A stretch of DNA of 64,000 bases. Origin: Selaginella moellendorffii. Lineage: Eukaryota; Plantae; Lycopodiophyta. A program made the translations under genes and the position numbers. Shown piece by piece: positions 13,318 through 23,560 of the stretch (position 1 is the first letter of the stretch; each line of letters starts with the position of its first letter). Where the stretch lies: NCBI RefSeq assembly GCF_000143415.4, contig NW_003314262.1:5020389-5084388 (forward strand). Reading direction: 5' to 3'. Under the pieces are notes generated by a model, which had not been told where the DNA came from, did not search any database, and saw only the letters and a program-made list of their open reading frames with translations.

Positions 13318-15059
13318 TTAAGGGGGCCTTGCATTTACAAGATAAATACCAGCGAGTGTGATCGTAGCTCCCAAAATTTGAGCGCCATTGAGGCTTTCAT
13401 CCAAAACAAGATATCTACAAACAAGAAGCTTTTAAATCATGGAAAAAATGCTCCACGCTTACCCAAAAAAAGCCGCAAACATTGGTGTGAGAAATGTCAA
13501 AGAACTCAGCTTCGTGAGGCTCCCTGCAGAACTCACAAACTCAAAACTTTCAATCACGCTAGAGTCGAAGAAAATCCTTCCTTTTCTCTCACCTTTGGTG
13601 GCGTTGTAGAAGAACACACCATAGCTTATAGCACTCCCAAAGATCGAGGTGTAAGCTAGAGAAGCCCAGTCACTAACCATGAGATCTTCCAAGTGACCAT
13701 TCAAGGCGGGCTCGTTGTTAGACGCTGCGAGGAGTAACAATGGCAAGCCACCAATTATCATATGCTGCGAGAGAAAACAAAACAGAGTTTTTCGAGCTTG
13801 AAAGTTTCATGGTTTGCGTACCCAGCCAGTTGCCATGATCGGATCCGAGAACTTGCACACCCAGCGAACCAAGAGCGTGCCAAGAGCCATGCTTTGAGCA
13901 GCGAGGAGCATATACCACTCTCCGCTGCTCCAAAAACTGGAGGAGAATTCTATGCCACCACCGGAGGAAAGTAGTGCTCCCAAGGATTCAGCTGGAACCT
14001 GTGGCAAATTCCAGTGAGACGATGCAAGAACTATGAAGCTTGTGATCACCTCCAGCAGCAAAAGCCCCGCTACGCCTAGAAGAAGTCCCAAAACTCCCAG
14101 AGGCTTGATCGTTTCGTTGAACAGGATCGACGCGAGAATGGCTACTGTCAAAGGCTGCGAATCTATGATAACCTGCATGAATTCTAAGTGAGCAAAGAAC
14201 AGTTTTTGATTCTATGATCGCAAGAACTTACACTTCCAAGTCCAGCGCTTGTTTTCCCAAGTCCTGCTGCTAGGAATCCCTGGACAGTGTTCGAAGTGAA
14301 TGAAACAAATCGAGGAGAAAACTCCGCAAACCTGGAAGCACGACGCATCGACGATGCTGAAGATGAGAATGCTAAGCCATGCATACAGCCCCGACGGCTG
14401 CTTCCGGCCTCGCAAGCTCGCAAATCCGACTAGCAGCAATCCAGCCGGGACAAGCCGCGTCGATGCAACGAAGTAAGGTCCCGCCTTTGGAAGAACTCCT
14501 TTCATGGCCACCATAGCCGTGCCCCAGAAAAAGAACGGAGATATCAGGAGGAGATTGTCTAGCAGCGCTGTGTCTAAAGCTCCCGAGCTCCCGGTTTGAT
14601 CCATTCTCTTCTCGGCGCTGCTGAAAGCCTTGCTGCTGCTTGCTGGGTCCGATGAATCGATCGCTCTGGACGAGACAGTGCCGCCGAATCTAAAGTCGCT
14701 CTCCAAGTCCCTGTAGACACACTCCACATCTGTGCCTGTTCCAACGCAGTCCATCTCCTCAAAACTGGTCGGGATTTTTCTCCCATTTTCGAGCAGCTCG
14801 GGTTTGCCGACGAATTTGGTCTCGACGATTTCAGCTTCGCTCTCGACTTTCTTGCACAACACTCGAAACTCGTGTCTGGATCGTATGATTCTTTGATGGT
14901 GGCACTGATCCAAGCAAGATATAACGCATTCATCTCAAACCCAGATGGAAAATCTCTTACCGGGAAGAAAGCTCTCCCGAGAAGAGAGCTCGCATCCTTG
15001 ACAGGCAGCCGAATTCCTCTGTGAATCCTGGAAGCGCCCAAATGGCTCGAGGCAGCCAT
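13318..15059 (-). CDS. EamA/WAT1-related (DMT superfamily) transporter, probably plastid-targeted
   Basis: Transit-peptide-like N-terminus, DCVGTGTDVEC, SPFFFWGTAMVAMK, IDSQPLTVA, SLTKLSSLTFLTPMFA; TAA 13318-13320. Confidence 0.92.
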
Positions 15060-15576
15060 AGCTGCCACGATACACGATACCTCGGATCAAATGCCGCCGT
15101 TGGATCTTCATTTTGAATGAATCTCCGTCAACCCTAAGAGGAAATCTTCGCTTGCCACGATCGAACCCGCGACCTCGAACAGCCTTGCCACGTGGCAGCC
15201 TTCCTTCTTCTTCTTTTTTCCAGTATAAAGCAAGTATTTCGAAAGCCCTAACAGACAGGTCTGGTAGCGCAAAAATCTGCGCATTGCTTGTTTGCTCCTC
15301 TCCTCCGATCGCGGCGCTAGGTCGATTCTTTGATTCTCTCAGTGATCAGCATTGCAGTCAATCAGCGCCGGATTCTATGAAATCGCCATCAGCGAATGCG
15401 AGATGAGAAGGACATGCGACGTTCGTGATCGGTGTCGCCATGTCCGGCACGGTTCTTGCGATACAGGAGCCCTCTCCAGTTCTAGGGCAGCTTTCTCGAA
15501 ATGCACAGTGAGTTCTCTCTTCTTTTTTCTCCCTTGTTCTTTGGCTTCTTTGTTTTCTTCTCATTGCTGTGGAAAA

Positions 15577-17882
15577 ATGGACTCTTTAGAGTATCGTATG
15601 ATATGCAAGAAAGGCGAAGGCACCTTCTCGGAGGTGCTGAAAGCACAATGCCACAAATCCAACAAATATGTAGCTATCAAATGTATGAAGAACACTTTCG
15701 ACAGTTTAGAACAGGTGACTTATCTGTTTATCCTCTTTTCTTTTTCTCATCCGTGTAGTTTATCTCATTTGCTCAGGTCACCAATCTCCGAGAAATCCAG
15801 GCTTTGCAGAGGCTTTCACCTCACACGAATGTGATAAAGCTCTTGGAAGTTCTCTAGTAAGATAACCATTCGCTTTGTTTAAATGTGGTGCTTACGTTCG
15901 TCAGTAATGTTTTTTCTGCAGCGATCAGCCTACGGGAAGGTTAGCGTTAGTTTTCGAGCTCATGGACATGAACATCTACGAATTGATCCGCGGGAGGCGA
16001 ACCTATGTTTCCGAAGACCGGATCAAGAGCTATATGTTTCAGCTCTTAAAAGGTATGCTGACTGTTACAACGCTGAGCTGACAGATTCTTTCTTTTTCAG
16101 CAATGGATCACATGCACAGAAACGGTATTTTCCATCGAGACATAAAGCCAGAAAACATCTTAATCATGGAAGAATCCCTCAAGGTACTGTGTTTCTCAGC
16201 TGTAACCTGTGTGGTTCTAATGTTTTTTACATGTGAATTGCAGCTTGCAGACTTGGGAAGTTGTCGAGGTGTTTATTCAAAGCAGCCATACACTGAATAC
16301 ATCTCGACAAGATGGTAACAAACTCGCTGAGGCTTCTTATTGCTTTTTACGAGAAGATGGTAACCAGAAAATTAATAATCCGAGTTTTGGTCCATTTCTC
16401 GTTTTCAAGCATAAACTGCAGGTATCGAGCCCCGGAATGCCTTCTTACAGACGGCTACTACAATTACAAAATGGATATGTGGGGAGTTGGATGCGTCTTT
16501 TTCGAGATTATTAGTTTGTTTCCTCTTTTTCCAGGTATATTCTCTTGTGGAAGCATCAAACAGGACTCATCTGCTCTTTCCAGGAACTAATGAGTTGGAT
16601 CAAATACAAAAAATTCATAAAGTCATGGGAACACCTCCACAACAGCTGCTAGACAAAATGAGGAGGTATTAGATCCGTTTTTCGGCTTTGTTTCCAAAGT
16701 CTCTGTTTTGTCAGCAGGAGATCTCAGCATGCGGATTTTAAGTTCCCCCAGCAAGACGGGACTGGGATCGCAAGGCTCATTCCTCATGCGTCACCGGCTT
16801 GCGTTGAGCTTCTAAACAAACTCCTTGCTTATAACCCGGATGACAGGTTTGTGAATTTGCTTGCAACTAAACATGTCAGAAATTTTTTTTGTAGCAGGAT
16901 ATCGGCCAGGCAGGCGCTGAGACATCCTTACTTCAAGGAGCTGCGCGAGAAGGAAAAGCTACAGCAGGCCTTTGCGAATGCTAACAGGGCTAACAGTCTG
17001 CGGCCGTCGCCAAGGTACTGGCAGAAAGCTCGGTTTCGCACTTTGTAAAACTTTTATCCATTGCAGTCATCGCAGACTAGCCATGCACGACGTTTCCCCT
17101 CAAAAGTCGAAAGACGAGGATGCAAAGCTGCAAGGCCTGGGGACTGGGAATCCGAGTGCCGCAAGCACACCACGATCAATGGCTAGTACACAGCTTCCGT
17201 GCCTCAACGTGAATAGCAAAGCTAAAGAGGTACTACGCTATTGTTTTGTCGTGAGGTTTTTCTCAGTTCCGTTTTAGCTTTCACAGGACGGGAAAGACAC
17301 AGGTGGTTCCAGTCCTTTATCTCATGCTGGGGATTCACGAACGCCAGCGACGTTAACTTCTGTTAGCTCCGCTGTATCAGTGAATGTTGGTGGAGCTACA
17401 GACGCTGGGAGTTCTTGCATGGATTTAGACGGCGGTGGCGGCGGCGGGTGTAGCAGCTCTACTCATGGATTGCCACCGATCAAGAACAGCTATACGTTGT
17501 CCATGCTTTCTCCAAAGCCGCAGCTCTCAAGTCTACACAGGCACTCACATTATCATTCACCAAAGGTACTCCCCTTCTGTTTCTTTCTTTGAGACTGATG
17601 GTTTTGGCCTCAGGCACATAGTGTCAAAGGTGTGAAGATCGTGAAAGGCACCAAGAGCCACCGTGTTCTTCCGGAGCTATCGCCCAAGAGCATCTCCGGA
17701 GGATACAAGCCCGGGGAGCCGCCGCCTTACAAGAAGCGAGCCAATTCCAAGTAAGGGAGCGTCGTTTTGTTTGTTTCGCCAATCGATTCTCCAATCAATT
17801 TCTCACAAATGTTTGTCATTCCAGGTACACAAGTCCATACTCGCAAAAGTATATCAATCACCTCGCAGCGACATTGGTTTGA
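15577..17882 (+). CDS. MOK: MOK (MAPK/MAK/MRK overlapping kinase; LF4-like), multi-exon
   Basis: [55 protein letters not shown]; 3' exon structure and stop less certain. Confidence 0.88.
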
Positions 17883-18010
17883 CAAAAGAAAAATGCGAGA
17901 CTTTTGCTTGCCATCGACAAAAAGGAAAAGCCAATTTTTCTCTGTATAATCAAACAAGGGAGACCACATTATATTTGTTGGCAGGAGAAGCAGAAAACTA
18001 CGTGCAATTC

Positions 18011-18889
18011 ATGGATAGGAATTACTGCCTCATTGGCATACTTTTTACTCTCATTCTTTTACCAGCGAGTCGCGCAGTAGATCTTCAATATGGCGGAATT
18101 CGAAGGCTAACAAGGCCAATCGCAACGATAGTAATGACAGCGATTAGAGACCTCATCCAAAAATCCACGAGATCGCCTTGGCTATCAATGGGCTATAGCT
18201 TCACACGGAGCATTCCTGTCGGAGGAGGATATTTCGTCCATATAAGGATTTGGATCACTGTTCCTCTTCGCAATGGGCTCACAGCCTTCGCTCCATCGTC
18301 TTTCCAAGAATCGACGCTGGAAATTCGGCAACAGCTCTTTGATATTCTCCGCTACGTTTGGGAGTTTGTGGTCGGCATGCGCATGGAATTTATGAGCGCC
18401 GTGGAGGGAATCTATGGAATCGAGTACCACCGCTCTACAAATCCCCGCGACGAGCTGCTCAGTGTTAATCACGCCGCTTATAATCGCTTCCAAAGCGTGG
18501 TTAGCAGTGGCAGCGAGAGCGTCTCTAAGACCAACTTAGTGAGTAATACCCCGTTTAAGTACCTGCGCGATTCGCTAATCTCCACCAGCCTTCGCTATAA
18601 GCTGGAGATGCGAGGCGGCTGTTACCTCGTGTTGTACGACACAGCTTTTCACAATGACATTTGGACCAGTGGCACGTACGGACTTGGCTATGGATGCTTC
18701 GTGGAGCTCGAGCCCAGCCCTAACCTGGCGATCTATGACGAAGGTGGGAAGCTTGTGAGGTATCTCTACGAATCTGGCTGTGACAACTGCGATCGATCGT
18801 CGGCGCTGGTCGTCCAGGACGATGGGAATGTGGTGCTCTATCTGACCGACACTGGCGAGGCGATCTGGGCTACCGGGACGAATCGCTAA
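18011..18889 (+). CDS. secreted protein: unknown N-domain plus GNA/bulb-type lectin, copy 1
   Basis: Hydrophobic signal peptide; C-terminal LVVQDDGNVVLY (QxDxNxVxY) and AIWATGT; intronless. Confidence 0.85.
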   Translation: MDRNYCLIGILFTLILLPASRAVDLQYGGIRRLTRPIATIVMTAIRDLIQKSTRSPWLSMGYSFTRSIPVGGGYFVHIRIWITVPLRNGLTAFAPSSFQESTLEIRQQLFDILRYVWEFVVGMRMEFMSAVEGIYGIEYHRSTNPRDELLSVNHAAYNRFQSVVSSGSESVSKTNLVSNTPFKYLRDSLISTSLRYKLEMRGGCYLVLYDTAFHNDIWTSGTYGLGYGCFVELEPSPNLAIYDEGGKLVRYLYESGCDNCDRSSALVVQDDGNVVLYLTDTGEAIWATGTNR

Positions 18890-18998
18890 GCCAGGAAATG
18901 GATTTTCTGTGAAAATATCCGAGCGATCCAGCGCTGAGGCAGGAAATCGATTCTTCTGTGAAAAAACTCGAGCAATCCAGCGGCATTGTTTCCCTCTC

Positions 18999-19348
18999 TC
19001 AAATGTTTACGCTGGGATCCTCTAGACGTGGCTCCCGGCGGGCGGCTCTCCGGATTTCCTCCGCCACAGCCCTGTAATCGGCGGCCTGTGCGACGATCAC
19101 AGCTGTGAGATCGATCTGGGACGCAATCTACGTACTGTGTTGAGGCCGAATGCTCCGCCCAGGAGCCCTAGGAACCCACAAGCTCCAGCTCCCACGTAGA
19201 GCGTCGCGATCCCCAGGGCCTTGCTCGCGATCGCCGCTCCGGATCCATGCGCGCCGGAATGCTTGAGCTTCCTGGCAACCAACAGCTGTGAAATCGACAA
19301 TCCCGAGTAGATTGCCGGCAAACAGCACGTATCGGCGGTCTTCGCCAT
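18999..19348 (-). CDS. small membrane protein, TMEM242/AIM11-like (99 aa, 2 exons)
   Basis: ASKALGIATLYVGAG...AFGLNT|AADYR; GT-AG intron 19086-19135 in phase 0; family call from recalled motif. Confidence 0.55.
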
Positions 19349-19719
19349 AGCCAGAGCTTTAGGGTTTAGCGAAGACTTTATGGACTTTGATTGACTTTGC
19401 ATTCAAAGAAAACTATTAGCAAAACCCTAAGTTCTATGATGTTATCAACTCAACTTGTGGCTGTAGCGATGAAATCCTGTTGTTCTGTGAGCTCAATTTT
19501 GAAATTTTTAAACTTTACAACAATAGACCAATTCTTTGTTTTGTTTCGCCAATGTATTGCTATATAAATCACCTTGCGTGACTTTTGTTAGGAAGAGCCC
19601 CATTTTCTCTGTCAATCAAACAAAGCTAAACAACAAAACAAGGAAAAAATTTCATCGTTGACAATAGCAAGTTTCGAGCAGATTATAAACATGTGGTATT
19701 AATACTAACTACATCCTCC

Positions 19720-20586
19720 ATGGGGCGATTTAGTTGCATCGCCATAGTTCTCATTCTTATTTTCTCACCAGTGTGTGGAGTTTATATAGAATGGGGTGGC
19801 AGTAGTGCGCTATCGAGATCGATAGTAACCGTCATAGTTACTGCGATTAGAAATCTCATCGTGGTTAGCACAAGAAGGCCTTGGATATCAACAGCCTTTA
19901 GCATTACACGAAGCGTTCCTATCGGAGGAGGACACTTCGTCCATATAAGAATTTGGATCACTACCCCTCTTCGCAATGGCCTCACAGCCTTCTCTCCATT
20001 TTCTTCCCAAGTATCGGCTTTGGAAATTCGACGCGATCTATTGGATATTCTCCGCAACATTTGGGAAGTTGTGGTTGCAGAAGGAGTCGAATTTATGAGT
20101 GCCGTGGAGGGAATCTATGGAATCGAGTACCACCGCTCTACAAATCCCCGTGACGAGCTGCTTGGCGTTAATCCCGCCGCACACTACCAAAGCGTGCTTA
20201 GCAGTGGCAGCGAGAGCGTCTCTAAGACCAACTTAGTGAGTAACACGCCGTTTAAGTTCCTGCGTGATTCGCTAATCTCCACCAGCCTTCGTTACAAGCT
20301 GGAGATGCGAGGCGGCTGTCACGTCGCGTTGTACGACAGAGATTTGCGCGACGATATTTGGGCCAGTGGCACGTACGGACTTGGCTATGGATGCTTCCTG
20401 GAGCTCGAGCCCAGCCCTAACCTGGCGATCTATGACGAAGGTGGGAAGCTCGTGAGGTATCTCTACGAATCCGGCTGTGACAACTGCGATCGATCGTCGG
20501 CGCTGGTCGTCCAGGACGATGGGAATGTGGTGCTCTATTTGACCGACACTGGCGAGGCGATCTGGGCTACCGGGACGAATCGCTGA
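19720..20586 (+). CDS. secreted unknown-domain plus GNA lectin, copy 2
   Basis: Paralog of copy 1 with the same architecture and an intact ORF. Confidence 0.85.
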   Translation: MGRFSCIAIVLILIFSPVCGVYIEWGGSSALSRSIVTVIVTAIRNLIVVSTRRPWISTAFSITRSVPIGGGHFVHIRIWITTPLRNGLTAFSPFSSQVSALEIRRDLLDILRNIWEVVVAEGVEFMSAVEGIYGIEYHRSTNPRDELLGVNPAAHYQSVLSSGSESVSKTNLVSNTPFKFLRDSLISTSLRYKLEMRGGCHVALYDRDLRDDIWASGTYGLGYGCFLELEPSPNLAIYDEGGKLVRYLYESGCDNCDRSSALVVQDDGNVVLYLTDTGEAIWATGTNR

Positions 20587-21070
20587 ACAAATTCTCAGCC
20601 AGGAAATCGATTCTTCATCCAGCGGCATTCCATCTTTCACCTTGTTCATGCTCAAATCAAATTTGTTCACGCTGGGATTCTCTAGACGTGGCTGGCTCTT
20701 CCCCCACGGCCCTGTAATCGGCGGCCTCAACAATCTCTTGTTTTAGGGCTAAAGTTGAAGGTAGTTAGTGGATCTTTGGATAAAAGTGCTCTTTATTTTT
20801 ATTTGATCTATATATATATATATAAAATTTTGTGAAGGAGTTTTTTGTCTTTAAATACATAAACAAGTAATTGTTAACAACTCTTTGTTTTGTTGTATTG
20901 CTCGTCCATATCGCAAAAGGATACAACTACGCATGACTTTTGATTGCTAGACAAGAAGAGGAGCTCCATTTTCTCTGTTGATCAAAGAAAAGAAAACAAC
21001 AAAACAAGGATTATCGTTGACACATGTTGGGTTATAAACATGGGGCATTAATATTTGAACTACATGCTTC

Positions 21071-21943
21071 ATGGGTCGATCTAACAATCTTGACGACATC
21101 GCCATAGTTCTCATTCTTATCTTTTCACCAGTGTGTCGCGCAGTTGAAATAAAATGGGGTGGCAGTAGCGAGCTATCAAGAAACGTGGTAACGATCATAT
21201 TTACTGCGATTAGAGATCTCATCCAGGCTACCACAAGAAGGCCTTGGATATCAACGGCCTTTAGCATTACACACAGCATTCCTATAGGAGGATACGTTGT
21301 CCGTATAAGAATTTGGATCACTGCCCCTATTCGCAATGGCCTCACAGCCTTCACTCCATTTTCTTCCCGAGAATCGGCCTTGGAAATTCGACGCCAATTC
21401 TATGATATTCTCTACCGCATTTGGGCACTTGTGGTCGCTGAAGGCGTGGAATACATGACTGCCGTGGAGGGAACCTATGGAATCGAGTACCACCGCAGAA
21501 ATCCCCGCGACGAGCTGCTTAGTTTTAAGCCCGCAACTCTCTCCCAAAGCGTGGCTAGCAGTGGCAGCGAGAGCGTCTCTAAGGCCAACTTAGTGAGTAA
21601 CACGCCGTTTAAGTACCTGCGCGATTCGCTAATCTCCACCAGCCTTCGCTATAAGCTGGAGATGCGAGGCGGCTGTTCCGTCGCGTTGTACGACAGAGAT
21701 TTGAGCGACGATATTTGGGCCAGTGGCACGTACGGACTTGGCTATGGATGCTTCGTGGAGCTCGAGCCCAGCCCTAACCTGGCGATCTATGACGAAGGTG
21801 GGAAGCTTGTGACGTATCTCTACCAATCGGGCTGCGATAACTGCGATCAATCGTCAGCGCTTGTCGTCCAGGACGATGGGAATGTGGTGCTCTATCTGAC
21901 CGACACTGGCGAGGCGATCTGGGCTACCGGGACGAATCGCTGA
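21071..21943 (+). CDS. secreted unknown-domain plus GNA lectin, copy 3
   Basis: Paralog of copies 1 and 2 with an intact ORF. Confidence 0.85.
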   Translation: MGRSNNLDDIAIVLILIFSPVCRAVEIKWGGSSELSRNVVTIIFTAIRDLIQATTRRPWISTAFSITHSIPIGGYVVRIRIWITAPIRNGLTAFTPFSSRESALEIRRQFYDILYRIWALVVAEGVEYMTAVEGTYGIEYHRRNPRDELLSFKPATLSQSVASSGSESVSKANLVSNTPFKYLRDSLISTSLRYKLEMRGGCSVALYDRDLSDDIWASGTYGLGYGCFVELEPSPNLAIYDEGGKLVTYLYQSGCDNCDQSSALVVQDDGNVVLYLTDTGEAIWATGTNR

Positions 21944-22032
21944 GCCAGGAAGTCGATTCTTTTGTGCCAAAATTCGAGAAATCAATGTCTCAATTAGGAT
22001 TTAGGGTTTATGGTTTCTAGGGCAGAAGAAGA

Positions 22033-22770
22033 ATGGCGCAATCTCTCCGCCTGATCGCGCGGCGCGGCGCACAATGCCGGGGCAGGACGAATGCGCTTGG
22101 CAGCGGCTGCACCGGATCCTTGCTCCGCCGGGATTTCCATGTAAGCGCCCCGAGCTCCAACAACTTCCTCCTCAACAGCCTCTTCCGCTTTGGCGGCCAG
22201 TCCTACCAGCAGCAGCAGCAGCAGCAGCAGCAGGCCGCCGCGGAGGCGCCGCCGCCCAAGGAGGAGCGGCGCGCGCGCAAGCCCCGGGAATACATGGAGC
22301 GATCGGCCGACACGCTCTCCTATGTCAAGGACCTCAACATCAAGCAGCGCCTCATGGTGAAGAAGTTCATGAACTCGTGCATGCGCCAGGGAAAGAAGAC
22401 CAAGGCCCGGACGATGTGCTTCAAGGCGTTTGAGCGCCTGGCGAACCACGGCGACGTTCTCCACATCCTGGAGACCGCGGTAGAGAATGTGAAGCCGATC
22501 TGCGAGGTCCGGAGGGTGCGCGTCGCCGGGAGCACGCACAACGTCCCCGCGGCCATCCCGCTCCACCGGCAGCAGAGCCTGTCCATGCGCTGGATCGTCC
22601 AGGCGGCCAGGAACCGGTTCAAGGCCAAGAAGAAGATGGGCATGCCCAAGGCGCTGGCGGACGAGCTGCTGGATGCGTCCAAGAGAAGCGGCGCGGCGAG
22701 GAAGAAGCGGGATGATCTCCACCGGCTGGCCGAGGCGAACAGGACGCTGGCGCACTATCGGTGGTGGTGA
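22033..22770 (+). CDS. rps7: nuclear-encoded mitochondrial-type ribosomal protein S7 (uS7m)
   Basis: KFMNSCMRQGKK, AVENVKPICEVRRVRVAGS, LHRLAEANRTLAHYRWW; Arg-rich presequence and a CAG-encoded polyQ tract. Confidence 0.93.
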   Translation: MAQSLRLIARRGAQCRGRTNALGSGCTGSLLRRDFHVSAPSSNNFLLNSLFRFGGQSYQQQQQQQQQAAAEAPPPKEERRARKPREYMERSADTLSYVKDLNIKQRLMVKKFMNSCMRQGKKTKARTMCFKAFERLANHGDVLHILETAVENVKPICEVRRVRVAGSTHNVPAAIPLHRQQSLSMRWIVQAARNRFKAKKKMGMPKALADELLDASKRSGAARKKRDDLHRLAEANRTLAHYRWW

Positions 22771-22789
22771 CGGTCAATCCAAAGCTTGA

Positions 22790-23170
22790 CAATCCAAAAG
22801 CTGGTGGATTCATCCATCCAGAAGTTCTGGTTGACACAGCTCTCCTTTCTCCGAGATCACATTTTCACCGTTTTGGCGACAATTGGAAGAAAAACTTGTT
22901 TCGTTCTTGCTATATACCACAACACTTCGCCTCCATGACGTGCTGCGTGTGCTTCGTCTTCAAGAATCCTCCAACTTTTCTCACATCTATGTTTATAGGA
23001 ACAATCCTGCCAAATAGCGGCCAACTCTTTGACATGCTACATCTCAACATAGCAAGTGTTTACATTTGCAACACAACCATGTCTCCTAAAATACAAATGC
23101 ATGAGCAGCTCCTTAGCACTGCTCCTCCTGGCCCGGAAAGATTGATCATCCTGTCAATCGAAAGCTTGAA
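22790..23170 (-). pseudogene. deleted and scrambled duplicate of NERD gene 3' exons
   Basis: TTCAAGAATCCTCCA..TCTCACATCT, AATCCTGCCA and CATCTCAA.ATAGCAAGTGTT match 26510-26760. Confidence 0.65.
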
Positions 23171-23289
23171 AATAAGAATCACATACTATTTGTGGTGTCA
23201 AACCGCCAGATATCCTGCCATGACTACCGCGTCTCTAGGAGGATCAAGCTCTTGTTTTTGAGCTCGTCAAGCTCGAGGTACTAGCGGCT

Positions 23290-23560
23290 ATGGCGATGGT
23301 GCTGATAACTGGTTGTGCAGAGGGTGGAGTCTGCGGATTCAAAGTTTACGCCGCCGTGCAAAGCTTGCGAGCTCTAAACGCTTCAGCTGGACGTGACGAG
23401 CGACGAGTCCGTGCCATCCTCCGAGGACGTACGCCAGGCTCTGCCGCTAGCCGAGCTTTGCTTTCCAAGTAAACTTCTTGAGGATGTTCCAGGCAGTGGT
23501 TCCCAACATGGCGAAGCAAAGGCAGGGCCGGATCATCAACGTCGGCAGGATGTTCTTCGC
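23290..23560 (+). pseudogene. short-chain dehydrogenase/reductase remnant
   Basis: VLITGCAEGG, LDVTSDESV and FQAVVPNMAKQRQGRIINVG lie in different frames. Confidence 0.7.

Noticed and set aside
17663-18010. 116-codon upstream extension of lectin copy 1 in the ORF track
   Set aside because: Non-ATG start overlapping MOK last exons; paralogs start at the signal-peptide Met
21994-22755. 253-aa antisense ORF over rps7 (and similar shadow ORFs over SINA, WEB and the protease)
   Set aside because: Expected from high GC3 on the coding strand; no protein features
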